A program made the position numbers and the translations under genes. Shown piece by piece: positions 27,381-39,189 of a stretch of DNA of 64,000 bases (positions within the stretch are counted from its first letter, which is position 1; every line of letters begins with the position of its first letter). The notes under the pieces are model-generated. The model saw nothing but the letters and a program-made list of their open reading frames with translations, did no database searches and had not been told where the DNA came from. The DNA comes from Carcharhinus longimanus (taxonomy: Eukaryota). The stretch is taken from NCBI GenBank assembly GCA_030264375.1, contig JASCQW010000132.1, forward strand, positions 77,403,953-77,467,952, read 5' to 3'.

Positions 27381-27924
27381 TCCAAGCTTCTAAGCAAAGT
27401 GAATTCTTGACAAGGTCACTACCATGGTAAATGGGGGAGTATCTATGAATCTGAGCTATATGGATTACTGATGGCATTTCCTGAAGGACTGCAAATCAAG
27501 TTAATGCCAAAGTTAGAACAATAATCTAGGATTTAAATGATATTTGGAAGATATTAGTCCGGGCTCTTCAATTTGAACTTTGATTGAACAGGACAGTGTT
27601 TCTTTCCCATGGAGGGCCAAATAACATTGGTGAAGCCAATTATCAACAATATTATAGAGTTACTTTAGATGAAACCCAAACATGATATAAAGCAAATATA
27701 TAGCCAAAATACTTAAACATCAAACATGGAATGTAAACAAGCTTGGGGGAGTGAAATAAGACCAAGTTCAAAATACTTACTAAAATAGGTTTCTATCTTC
27801 TCAAGTGCAAAAGCAAAAGAAACATTACCAAAATAATAAAAGAACAATAATTGCTGAAGGTGTAGTTTTCCTATAAGTATTATTGAACATGTTGCAAACT
27901 ACCGTATACAATTAATTTTTTAGG

Positions 27925-29125
27925 TAGCATAGAACTTGAGTATGGTTGAACAAGAAGCATTTTGTCAAAGATCTTTGCTTTGCACTCATCAGGACAATCA
28001 CAAGAATATCAATATCAGAGAAAATAACAATTTTATACTGATTGAGAACCATGTGCTGCATGGTTAGCAAGTGGACTTTGTAGAGGCATTATGGAATAAT
28101 TTCAGTTTACAAGTAACTAACAACTGCAACATTTATTTACATATAACTATAATACAGAGGCTTGCAGTCTCATGGCTGCCAATCAATGCCTGAGAAGCTT
28201 CAGAAACTTGAGCTCACCATGAAGATCCCATAACCTGCACTCCAATTGGTCCCCTGCGTCACATGGCCATTGCTCTGCAGATGGATCCTTAACAGGACAA
28301 TCTCCTCATCCTCCCCCCTTCTAAGTCATTTTATATAAATGTCAATATTCAATCTGTACAGTCCAAGATAATTAGAGATATTTAGCACATGAATTTAGTC
28401 AATTATATAGTAAGTCTTTCAAGGGAATTCCGAATCCTTGTAGAGCAGTGCAACTCCTCTGTCAGGGGCGCTCCCGCAGCACTGCTGTCAGCCAAAACCA
28501 CAATGACAGTTTCCTCTTCAAGCTGTGTATTAAATTNNNNNNNNNNNNNNNNNGCATGCTCAGAAGCATCGCCTTTCTCTTCCCTTCCTCCTCTGTACCA
28601 GTAGCCTGAAAATAGTAGCCCAAATGTTCAATATATTGTGTGCAATCCTCCAAAGAGGCATTATTGAGTCTATCCATCTAAATAGGAGCATTCTGCAAAT
28701 ACTCTTCGGTCATTTTATACACACATTCCTGGGCTCCATTTTTCCCCCTCATATCATCATCATCATCAATGTAATCATTCCTTTCTCAACAGTTAGCTAA
28801 ACACCAGTTGTAGCCACATGTCAACTCCCTAGAAGGTCTGGAACAGAAATCTGAGCTCACCGAGGTGATCCCCACCCTGCTCCCCAGATCATGTGGTCAT
28901 TATTCTGCAGGTGGATCAATAAGGGGATAATCACTACTCGTTGCCATAGAGAATACACCAGTGACAGAAAAATACATTTTGTATCTATTTCAACAAAATA
29001 AACAAACTGATTGCCATTCGATAGTTCATTCTACAGGGCAATGCCTTGAACAGTCAGAGTCAAGCCGCCTGGTTTAAGCTTCAAACAATGCTTGGCTGTT
29101 AACCATCGGCCATCAACTGTTGCCT
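27925..29125 (-). mobile_element. Small repeat with a hammerhead-like core, split by the LTR element below
   Basis: Minus strand gtcCTGATGAgtgcaaagcaaagatctttgac at ~27964-27995; the halves 27925-28090 and 28940-29125 resemble a recalled elasmobranch repeat; family assignment from memory only. Confidence 0.45.
28110..28938 (-). mobile_element. Internally deleted Gypsy LTR element (two LTRs plus gag N-terminus)
   Basis: Diverged direct repeats 28200-28308 and 28840-28938; polypurine tract gaaggggggagga then TG at 28308; gag LEDCTQYIEHLGYYFQATGTEEEGKRKAMLLS. Confidence 0.8.
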
Positions 29126-29911
29126 TGATCACCAACTGTTGCACATTCTTGAAAAGCTGGGATTTTTTATCAGTGACGGATGCCAATGTAATAATTCACA
29201 CAAGGAGGTTTTTATCCTTTCACCCATTCAAGACAATAAAATTCAGCTCCTTAAGCATTTCGACTGGTGCCATCTTTGCAGTAAATTGCCATTCTCACCA
29301 CATGCACGTTCCTCCTGCATGGCCCACATGGATGCTATTCTAGTGAAATAATTAGTGTGGAGAGTAGGAGCATTGCCTAGAAATATGCAGAGTAAGCAGA
29401 TTGTGATGTGTCAGCGTGTAACGCTGGTTTGACACAAGTGCTGCAAATTTTGATATCCCGGCTCCAGTTATCACCATCTCTTAGATACACACAGTTGAAT
29501 TAATTCAGCAGTAGAAAAATCCTTATTTGACAGGATCATCAAGTGCTTTCAAGTTGGTTGCTGTCTGAATTCTGCTGACTCCCTTCTGTTGAAGTGACCT
29601 TTTTATTGCTGGTTAAAATTTGACAGAAGCTTCTAAACAATGATGCTGCACATAGTGAAAGCCCAGACTTTTATTTCACATTTCAAATTTTGACTTGCTA
29701 CTGGTCATGGGTGCTGTAGTTGCCAGCTCACTTCACTTGCAGCAAAACTGGGAGACTGAGTAAACTCAATAACTCAATCTACAGCAGGAGGATGGAGGGG
29801 CAGGAGGGGCGGTGGTGGGTGTTGGGGCAGGAGGAGGAAGGGTAGAAGAGAATAAGGCCACATCTACTCAGAAAACTAAAGGACCATTTCCCTTACCTCA
29901 GCCTAAGCCAA

Positions 29912-30200
29912 GAAAAGAACAAAGAACAAAAAAAGTACAGCACAGGAACAGGCCCTTTTGCCTCCAAGCCTATGCTGATCATGATGTCCTTACTAAACTA
30001 AAAAAAACCTTCTGCCCTTACTCGGCCCATATCCATCTATTCCCTCCCTTTTCATGTACCCATCCAGATGCCTCAAATATTGCTAATGTTCCTGCTTCCA
30101 CTACCTCCTCTCTCAAGGCGTTCCAGGCATCCACCACTCTCTGCACGAAAAACTTACCTGCAGATCTCTCTTAAATATTCCCCCTCTCATCTTGAACATG
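29912..30200 (-). mobile_element. CR1 LINE 3' end
   Basis: (aagaaca)n microsatellite tail, cagcacaggaacaggccc, gcgttccaggcatccaccactctctg; same family as 41200-41497. Confidence 0.9.
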
Positions 30201-30290
30201 GGTGAAAAAGTGTGCATGTCATCTTCCTTTTACAGAGGAGATGGTCGCAGAAATACATCACTTCTGTAAACACACCTGCGGCCTCACAGC

Positions 30291-30392
30291 AGTAAGAAGT
30301 CTCACAACACCAGGTTAGAGTCCAACCAGTTTATTTGATAGTAATTTCACAAGCTTTTGGAAACGGTGTTCCTTCGTCAGGTGTGTGGAAGG
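30291..30392 (-). mobile_element. Penelope-like terminal fragment
   Basis: aagaagtctcacaacaccaggtt..tttatttg..aagcttt..ccttcgtcaggtg; minus strand carries CTGACGAaggaacaccgtttccAAAAgctt, a hammerhead-like core; family assignment from recall. Confidence 0.55.
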
Positions 30393-31726
30393 ATTACCCT
30401 CAGACCTTGGGAACCACCAATAATGGCCCTGTGAATGCCTCGTTGTGAACTGCAAGGTCAATGGCTATGTTTGCATCATAGCCTCATCAATATTTTATAT
30501 CTTGGCATTTTACCATACTGGCTATGCATGTCATAAACAATATTTGTAACACTGGTTTTCAAATGCCTGCAACTCACATTGGAATTTAAACATGTAAATA
30601 GTTGCATTTAACTATCCCTCAAGCATTAAGAAAACTTTGCAAATCATGGAAACTTTTAGCAAATTGTGAGTGTTGGCAATATTTCACAGGCTGTATTATA
30701 ATGCACTTGCTTGTGCAAATTTTCCATGTTGTCTGCCCATTATCATAGATTTGGCATTACACTGCCGTTTTATGTACTGACTTATGCCCTCTCACCTTCT
30801 ACTAGCAGTGATGTTCAATTACTTCCTACTCACAAGCTTAACATGTTCTTCACAGAGCACTGCACAATCTCTCAGAGGCACNNNNNNNNNNNNNNNNNNN
30901 NNNNNNNNNNNNNNNNNNNNNNNNNNNNNNNNNNNNNNNNNNNNNNNNNNNNNNNNNNNNNNNNNNNNNNNNNNNNNNNNNNNNNNNNNNNNNNNNNNNN
31001 NNNNNNNNNNNNNNNNNNNNNNNNNNNNNNNNNNNNNNNNNNNNNNNNNNNNNNNNNNNNNNNNNNNNNNNNNNNNNNNNNNNNNNNNNNNNNNNNNNNN
31101 NNNNNNNNNNNNNNNNNNNNNNNNNNNNNNNNNNNNNNNNNNNNNNNNNNNNNNNNNNNNNNNNNNNNNNNNNNNNNNNNNNNNNNNNNNNNNNNNNNNN
31201 NNNNNNNNNNNNNNNNNNNNNNNNNNNNNNNNNNNNNNNNNNNNNNNNNNNNNNNNNNNNNNNNNNNNNNNNNNNNNNNNNNNNNNNNNNNNNNNNNNNN
31301 NNNNNNNNNNNNNNNNNNNNNNNNNNNNNNNNNNNNNNNNNNNNNNNNNNNNNNNNNNNNNNNNNNNNNNNNNNNNNNNNNNNNNNNNNNNNNNNNNNNN
31401 NNNNNNNNNNNNNNNNNNNNNNNNNNNNNNNNNNNNNNNNNNNNNNNNNNNNNNNNNNNNNNNNNNNNNNNNNNNNNNNNNNNNNNNNNNNNNNNNNNNN
31501 NNNNNNNNNNNNNNNNNNNNNNNNNNNNNNNNNNNNNNNNNNNNNNNNNNNNNNNNNNNNNNNNNNNNNNNNNNNNNNNNNNNNNNNNNNNNNNNNNNNN
31601 NNNNNNNNNNNNNNNNNNNNNNNNNNNNNNNNNNNNNNNNNNNNNNNNNNNNNNNNNNNNNNNNNNNNNNNNNNNNNNNNNNNNNNNNNNNNNNNNNNNN
31701 NNNNNNNNNNNNNNNNNNNNNNNNNN

Positions 31727-32070
31727 CTGTCTGTGTGGAGGTTGTATGTTCTCTCTGCGTTTGTGTGGATTTCCTCTGGTGCTAAGGTTTCCTTCCACAG
31801 TCCAAAGGTGTGCGGGTTAGGTAGGTTAGCCATACTCAATTACCCCTTAGTGTCCAAGATGTGAAGGTTAAGGGGGTTAGCAAAATGGGGTGGTCCTCTC
31901 TTTGCTGAGACAGATATTCCAGCTCCATCCCAAACAGATGGACATGTTGGAGGGGGTGGGGGAGGGTGCGGTGGTATTAAATTTGATTATCAGCCATGAT
32001 CAAAATGAATGGTGGAGAAGTCCCGAAGGGCCGAATGGCCTACTCTTGCTTCTAGTTTCTATGTTTCTGT
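31727..32070 (+). mobile_element. HE1/V-SINE (5' end in gap)
   Basis: ctgtctgtgtggag..ttccacagtccaaagg..ggttagccatact V-domain; gggccgaatggcctact..ttctatgtttct CR1-type tail. Confidence 0.85.
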
Positions 32071-32934
32071 GACATAATCTACTTTAGCCTGAAGAGGGTG
32101 TGGACAGCCGAATCAACAAGTACATGAATTGAACCATGACCCTTCATCACTTGATTAATCGTCAGAGGGAATCCAGGTCAAGGCTCAGGTGATAGGAGAT
32201 TCTGGTAGAATTAGGATTCATCTGTCAATCAGTGCATCCACACTGATCTGCCCACCAGAACAGGTGGCCCAGGTGCAAATAACCAAATACTTTCAGAACC
32301 AGAAACAAAACCAAATCAGGTCTGCATCATCTACATTAGGGACTTTCCTGCCACATCAGGGCTTCTGCAATTAGAAAGACAGCATAATACTAATCAAATG
32401 CTTTCCTCACTTCAGGATTCGTCAGATTTCAGGATCCAGGGACTACATGGTTTGATCTCTCTAAAGGCAAAGTGTAGTGCATAAAATTGTTAAAAGGAAC
32501 CAGCATCAATTCAATAAAGAAGGATAGAGAATACAGTCAATGTAAAGAAAGTGATAAACGAATATCATCTACCCATGAAAGGGAAACTATTGATCGGGAA
32601 AAGCACAACAGCAAGAAGAGGCAGGGAAGGATCAAATGTTGATCCTCGAGCAAATACCAAATACTGCAGCTTCTACTGAAGAAAATCAACACAAAGCATA
32701 TAAATCTAAGCTGAGACTAACAGTCTTTCAAGTTTCAAAAGAAAGTGATCAAGGAGTTGTGGAACTTCCAGACCATTGAAATCTTTGAAGTCAGAGACTT
32801 GGTGGGGTCGGGGTAGGGGTGGGCAGGTGAAGGGGTGTTGGGGAGTAGTGAGTATAAATGTAAATATATTTGGATAAGACTTGAGGCCAAGTGTAGTACT
32901 TGGGTATTCAGGTCTGAAAGGGTTAATGTGGGAC

Positions 32935-33131
32935 TGGGAAAATAGTAACGCCTACGTGATGATGTAAAGAGAGTCACATGACTAGTCGTAATATGAATGG
33001 AGGTAGCTCATGGCTTGAACTGAAGCCTATTGTCTTATATATCTGTGCATAAATGTGTTCTACAATAAACAGTTACTGTTCGGACTCTGTCTCAGAATCT
33101 CTTCCTTTGGCAATCACAACAACATACAACA
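32935..33131 (+). mobile_element. Probable solo LTR (Gypsy-like)
   Basis: TATA-like ttatatat, AATAAA at ~33064, ends ..acaacatacaaca like the LTR end at 24384-24403. Confidence 0.45.
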
Positions 33132-33676
33132 GGAAGGATACGTATGGAACTAAGTTGGGAAAATTGAGTTGAAGTATAAATCAAGCATTATGTAATTGGT
33201 GCAGCAGGCTCAGTAGGGCTCACTTGTCTACAAAACTAGCAATAGTGCTTTACACATCACCTAGTCATATCTTTCCTGACAAAAATCATTCATGTGTACA
33301 ACATACAAAGTGGGCAGAAGAGTTTGGATTAATCTGCTTTTTATTATACACATGAATATATCAATGATCACAAGATTTGCCTTCTTAATAAAACATTACA
33401 ATATTGCTGGTGTAGTTGTGAAATATGACAATAATTTCAGTGTCTAATTGTTTCATTTGTCTGTGTTTTTATTTTAAATACACATACCATATCAACAACA
33501 TACTCAATTTTTTTTTGATTTTCACAAAACAAAACACTCCTATTCCTAAAAGAATAACTCCTTTAATGCTCCAAATTTACAGGAATTATAGACAAACCTT
33601 AATTTACCTTGTACCTCTCACCCTCACCACCTTCAAATGTTTCCATTTCCCCTCTGATCTATCTGGTGCTTGCTAG

Positions 33677-33850
33677 TTCCATGATGGCCAGAGTACTGGA
33701 TGGCGGAGAATCCTCTGAGGCATTCCCAGTCACCAATGGTGTCAAACAGGGCTGTGTGCTCGCACCCACACTGTTCAGCATGATGTTTACTGCCATGCTG
33801 AATGATGCCTTCCAGGACAGTGTTGCTGGAATCAGCCTCAAGTACAGAGG
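33677..33850 (+). mobile_element. RTE (BovB-like) LINE RT fragment
   Basis: MMARVLDGGESSEAFPVTNGVKQGCVLAPTLFSMMFTAMLNDAF..GISLKYR, uninterrupted RTE-clade RT motif. Confidence 0.92.
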
Positions 33851-33989
33851 CTAGGTGCGAAAAGGCCCTTGTGGCCATTAAGTGACTACTTAAGGACTTG
33901 AATTGGGACAAGGGTAGCCACCTCCACCCAACTACCCCCCCCACCCCACCCCATGGAAATCATGTTTCCTTTATCTGCTGTGAAAGAGC

Positions 33990-35400
33990 AGCTTCTCCAG
34001 TTGTATACATATCTCTGCAATTACAACTATATACCTGGTTGTTCATTTTCACTGTCTTTGATCGAGGTGGCAACTTTTCTACACAGATCCCAATTTGCCA
34101 AGTGGCCACCTTTTATTGAGAGTGTTGAATGATTGCTCTCTGACCATTTCTTCAATTCTCAGCTCTGGCAATGATTTGACAGCTTTATCAAAGTGAAATT
34201 TGGCTTTCTGCCATCACACTTTGACAATATCACCAACTCCAGTTATCAATTCCAGTTTCAGTAGTGTTATAGTGATTTGAAGGGTAATTTGGGAGTGACA
34301 TATTGAAGAACTGGACTACTTTGCATTCCTTTGGCAGGCGTGTTTCTCCACTCAATTCCTTGTGCACACTGTGCTAGATCTATTTGATTTTTTAATGATG
34401 TCTTTGGCAATTTTCACCACTGCCTCAGCCTTTCCATTTGACTGGGGGGGTCACGTACCTTATCGAGAGTCATCAGTTGACAGTTTTGTTGCTTTGGACA
34501 CATCTTAATGTACAAGCATCATAGCCTCTGCAAGTTGACTTAATGTCACACTTCTTTGTCCAATTCCATGGAAATCCTTCCTCGAGAGTTCATTCAATGG
34601 ATACAATGTTACAAAACTTGGCATAAATTCTTTGTAATAATTCACTCAGCCTAATGAAAATCTGAGATCACAGACATTCTGAGGGTGTGGCACATTTCTA
34701 ATTGATTGACCTTACTCTTGGTAGGATGTAACCCATCCTTGTCTTCCCTGTATCTCAAATGCTTGACAGAGTTTTGAAACATTTCATGTTTGTATTCTTC
34801 TATGGGAACTTCATGCTATTCCAAATACTGGAGCTCCTTTTTCAATTTGTCATTATGGGTGTCCCTGTTCGGGGCTGAAATAAGCAAGTCATCTGAATAG
34901 CACACTAACCTAAATTCCTTGAGAAATTTGGCTCATCTTCCTTTGGAAATTTGGGGAGCTGAAGAAACACCAAATGGCAGCCAAAACACTGAAATAGACC
35001 TATGTGTGTATTAATCATCAAGTGTAACTTCGATCATCACCTTACTCAAGTTGCAGATAGGCATTTGTCAGATCTAACACAGAAAACTGGGGTGCCCTGT
35101 AAGTATTGCAAACACGTCCCACGCATTTGCCAGAGTATCAGATGGATTACATTTCAGTATCTCATTTACGACTAATCACCAAATACACTTGCATTACTAA
35201 CTGACTTTGTTACTATCGCTGTAGGAGTACCCTGTTACTCGGTCTCAAGTCTTTTCAGTTCTTGCTTCACTTTTTCTCTTGGAGCAGCCTGAAATGAACT
35301 GGCCTTATATTCCTCTGAGTCCGTATGTTAGTCTGGTACCCTTGAGTTGGTTTGTCGGTTTCACTGAAAACCTTAGGGTACATGTCGAACAGATTGTTTG
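33990..35400 (-). mobile_element. Gypsy pol remnants (RT and integrase), decayed
   Basis: Minus strand SVLDLTNAYLQL..INTHIGLFQ..LPFGVSSAP (RT, ~34950-35090) and PQSNGKAEAVVKIAKDII (integrase, ~34395-34448). Confidence 0.85.
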
Positions 35401-35502
35401 CAAGGTGAATTTTGCTTCAACCCAAAAAAGCTGCAAATCAATTTCTTACAGACAAGGCTGGCTTTTCACCTTTCAACTGGAACCAATATACTTTTAATAA
35501 AT

Positions 35503-35800
35503 GGGGTGGCACAGTGGTTAGCACTGTTGCCTCAGGGACCTGGGTTCAATTCCTGGCTTGGGTGACTGTCTGCGGAGTCTGCACATTTTCCCTGTGTCTG
35601 CATGGGTTTCCTTTGGATGTTCCAGTTTCCACCCACAGTCCATAGATGTGCTGGTTAGCTGCATTGGCCATGCTAAATTCTCCCTCAGTGTCCCCAAAGA
35701 GGCACCAGAGTGTTGCGACTTAAGGATTTTCACTGTAACTTCATTGTGATGTTAATGTAAGCCTACTGTGACAAATAAATACATTTTACAACTTTACTTT
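35503..35800 (+). mobile_element. V-SINE subfamily with alternative (non-HE1) tail
   Basis: A-box tggcacagtgg, B-box ggttcaattcc, V-domain; tail ggattttcactgtaacttcattg..taatgtaagcctac..aataaa..(acttt)n. Confidence 0.9.
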
Positions 35801-35851
35801 AATGGGGATTTTCTCTTCTCCATAATTGCCAAACTGTATTTTCAATTTTCA

Positions 35852-36188
35852 GGGGCAGCCCAGTGGTTAGCATCGCTGCCTCACAGCACCAGGATCCCAG
35901 GTTCAATTCTAGTCTTGGGTGACTGTCTATGTGGAGTTTGCACGTTCTCCCGCATCTGTGTGGGTTTCCTCCAAATGCTCCGGTTTCCTCCCATTATCTA
36001 AAGATGTGCAAGTTGGGTGGATTGGCCATGCTAAATTCTCCATTAATGTCCCAAAATGTGTAGGTTATGGGATTAGCAGCGTAAATACGGGGATAGAGTG
36101 TTGGGTTTGGTAAGATGCTTTGTCGGCGAGTCAGTGCAGATTCGATGGACTGAATGCCTCTTTCTGCACTGTAGGGATTCTATAATTC
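35852..36188 (+). mobile_element. HE1 SINE, full length
   Basis: cagtggttagcatcgctgcctcacagcaccaggatcccaggttcaattc head, V-domain, tail tctgcactgtagggattctat. Confidence 0.92.
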
Positions 36189-36790
36189 CAGTGAAGTTGA
36201 CTCAACTTTTCATGATACAGCAGCTCAGAAATCAAATTAACTGACACAACTAGTCGATCTCAATGTCTACCGGACATCCATCTAACGCTATTAGGAATAT
36301 GATGCCATGTAAATTTCTATTAGATATCCTTGCGGTTCTAATTGTATTGATTTTAAGCAACCTCCCAAAAACTTGCTACTGTTCAACAACTAACATTTCC
36401 TCCTGCTATCATTCTCTCCGATGATCTTCTTGCAACCTGCTTTGGTAAAACGATCCTTCTTCTTGCAGCTGTGGAACTCCGCCTTCATAATTAGACAATT
36501 CTATGTCCAATGTTGTTCTAAGCACCAATAACAGGACTTTATCATACCACTGTTACTGCCAGCTGCCATATTGGGGTGTTCTGCTACTCAACTATGGCTC
36601 ATTTACTTCAGCAGATGACAAATGACCTTAACTCATATAATAATCTAAGTCACATATCACACTGAGCACATCTCCTGTCCCTATCCAATCACCTCTAGGG
36701 CTGTCCAAGGATCCACACTTAATCCGTGCCTTTTCCTCATCTGCATGTTGACACTTAATGACATAACCCATGGCCACAGGATCAACTTCC

Positions 36791-38648
36791 AGGCACATTT
36801 CCAGGTTCAGTGGAGAGTGCAGGAGGGCATACCTAAAAATGAGGTGTCAATCTGGTGAAGCTACCAAACAGGATTACTTGCATGCCAAATGGCAAAAGTA
36901 GCAAGTGATAGACAGCACTAAGCGATCCCACAACCAATGGATCAGATCTAAGCTCTGCAGTCCTTCTACATCCGGTTGTGAATGGTGGTGGACAATTAAA
37001 TAACTCACTGGAGGAGGAGGCTCCACAAATATCACCACCCTCAACAATGGAGGAGCACAGAACATCAGTGCAAAAGATAAGGTTGAAATATTCGTAGCAA
37101 TCTTCAGCCAGAAGTGCCAAGTGGATGATCCATCTCGGCCTCCTCCAGTGGTCTCCAGCATCTCAGATGCCAGTCTCCAGTCAATTTGATTCATTCCACG
37201 TGATATCAAGAAATGGTTGGAGGTACTGGATACTGCAAAGGCAGTGGGCACTGATAACATTCTGGCAATAGTACTGAGGAATTGTGCTCCTGAACTTGCC
37301 GCTCCCCTAGTCAAGCTCTTCCAGTACAGTTACAACACTGGCACCTACCCAACAATGTGGAAAATTGCACCAAAAGCAGGACAAATCCATCCTGGCCAAT
37401 TAGCGCTCAATCAGTCTATTCTTGATCATCAGTAAAGTGATGGAAGGGGTCATCAACAGTGCTATCAAGCAGCACCTGCTCANNNNNNNNNNNNNNNNNN
37501 NNNNNNNNNNNNNNNNNNNNNNNNNNNNNNNNNNNNNNNNNNNNNNNNNNNNNNNNNNNNNNNNNNNNNNNNNNNNNNNNNNCAGCAATAACCTGCTTAG
37601 TGATGCCTAGTTTGGGTTTTGCCAGGGTCACTCAGCTCCTGGCTTCATTACATTCTTGGTTCAAACATAGATGAAAGAGCTGAATTCCAGAGGTGAGGTG
37701 AGAGTGGCTGCCCTTGGCATCAAGGCCACATTCGGCAGAGTGAGGCAACAAGGAGCCCTTGCAAAACTGGAATCATTGATTATCAGGGGGCAAATACTCC
37801 ACTGGTTGGGATCATACCTGGTACATAGGAAGATGGTTGTGTTGTGGAAGGTCAGTCATCTCAGCTCCATGACATCTCTGCAGGAGTTCCTCAGGGTAGA
37901 GTTCCTCGGCCCAACCATCTTCAGCTGCTTCATCAATGACCTTCCTCCGTCACAAGGTCAGAAGTAGGAATGGTCGCCGATAAACATTGCACAATGTTCA
38001 GCACCATTCGCGATTCCTCAGATACTGAAGCAGTCCATGTTCAAATGCAACAAGATCTGAACAATATCCAGGGGCTGACAAGTAACATTCACATCTCCTG
38101 ACTCCCCAGAGCCTATCCACCATCTACAAGGCACAAGTTATGGATGTGATGGAATACTCCCCACTTGCCTGGATAGGTGCAGCTCCCACAACACTCAAGA
38201 AGATTGACACCATTCAGGACAAAACAACCTGCTTGATTGGCACCACATCTACAATCATTCCTCCACCACTGATGCTCAGTAGCAACAGTGTGTACTATCT
38301 ATAAGTTGTACTGCAGCAATACACCAAAGATCTTAGACAGCATCTTCCAAACCCACGACCACTTCCATCTCGAAGGACAAGGGCAGCAGATACATGGGAA
38401 CACCACCCCTCCAAGTTCCCCTCCAAGTCACTCACCATCCTGACTTGGAAATATATCGTCATTCCTTCACAGTCGCTGCGTCAAAATTTTGGAATTCCTT
38501 CCTTAACGGCATTATGCGTCAATCCACAGCATGTGGACTGCAATGATTCAAGAAGGCAGCTCACCATCGCCTTCAAAGGGCAGGTAGGAATAGGAAATAA
38601 ATGCTTGCCAGCCAACGAGGCCCATGCCCCAGGAATGAATAAAAAAAA
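36791..38648 (+). mobile_element. LINE family B (CR1/L2 group), 5'-truncated, with A-rich tail
   Basis: LDTAKAVGTDNILAIVLRNCAPELAAPLVKLFQYSYNTG; LGIKATFGRV; LGPTIFSCFINDLP; ends gaatgaataaaaaaaa. Confidence 0.92.
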
Positions 38649-38756
38649 TGCTGATAGTACCTAGTTGTTTTCTTTCCTGTGTGTAGGATTTCTGTTCATG
38701 TCTATAAGTCATGGATAAGACAGGACTTCCTCTAGCTAAATATTGGCAAGACAGAA

Positions 38757-38916
38757 GAAACTTGGGTTTCCTTTTGGTGCTCCAGTTTCATCCCACACTC
38801 CGAAAGACATGCTGGTTAGGTGATCTGCCCATACTAATTTCACCTTCAGGGGATTTTCACTTCATTGCAGTGTTAATGTAAGCCTACTTGCGACTAATAA
38901 ATACACTTTAACTTTA
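38757..38916 (+). mobile_element. 5'-truncated V-SINE (alternative-tail subfamily)
   Basis: gggtttcc..ggtgctccagtttc..gggattttcacttcattgcagtgttaatgtaagcctacttgcgactaataaa. Confidence 0.85.
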
Positions 38917-39189
38917 ACATGATTTAACTCCTGTCAAAACTGCAACTCCATTTTCCTCTCTGACTGTCCACTTTGGCCAAAACAGCCAGGACAGCACCCT
39001 GAACTTAGCATCTTGTTGATAATTCAGTTTTAAATTCCATATTTTAACTACCCATAAAATTTTTGAACTATTTTCATCCCTCCCTCCTTTAGCCTCAGTC
39101 CCACCTAATTTCTTGCATGTGCAATTTCCTCAGTAATCTCTCAAGCACTACTGACAAGCATATGCAGGATTTTAGCACGAGCTGAATGA

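Larger units (their letters stand above)
29700..30530 (+). pseudogene. Harbinger transposase N-terminal remnant interrupted by two insertions
   Basis: CACHLPFTEEMVAEIHHFCK (~30210-30270) resembles the Harbinger C..RLRF.KE.V.EIC.L helix; very decayed. Confidence 0.45.
36690..39100 (+). mobile_element. Old L2 LINE RT fragment hosting nested insertions
   Basis: AVQGSTLNPCLFLICMLTLNDITHGHRINF (36700-36790) resumes as ADST*L..SWIRQDFL*LNIGKTE (38650-38757), compared with L2 GVPQGS.LGP.LF..YADDTQLY..W...NFL.LN..KTE. Confidence 0.7.

Noticed and set aside
30711-31839. Longest ORFs in the track (300-369 aa), and similar ones at 8429-8906 and 18588-19209
   Set aside because: They are runs of N translated as X across assembly gaps, not genes.
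35503-35560. tRNA genes at SINE heads
   Set aside because: A/B boxes continue into V-domain or family-B SINE bodies; no complete cloverleaf.
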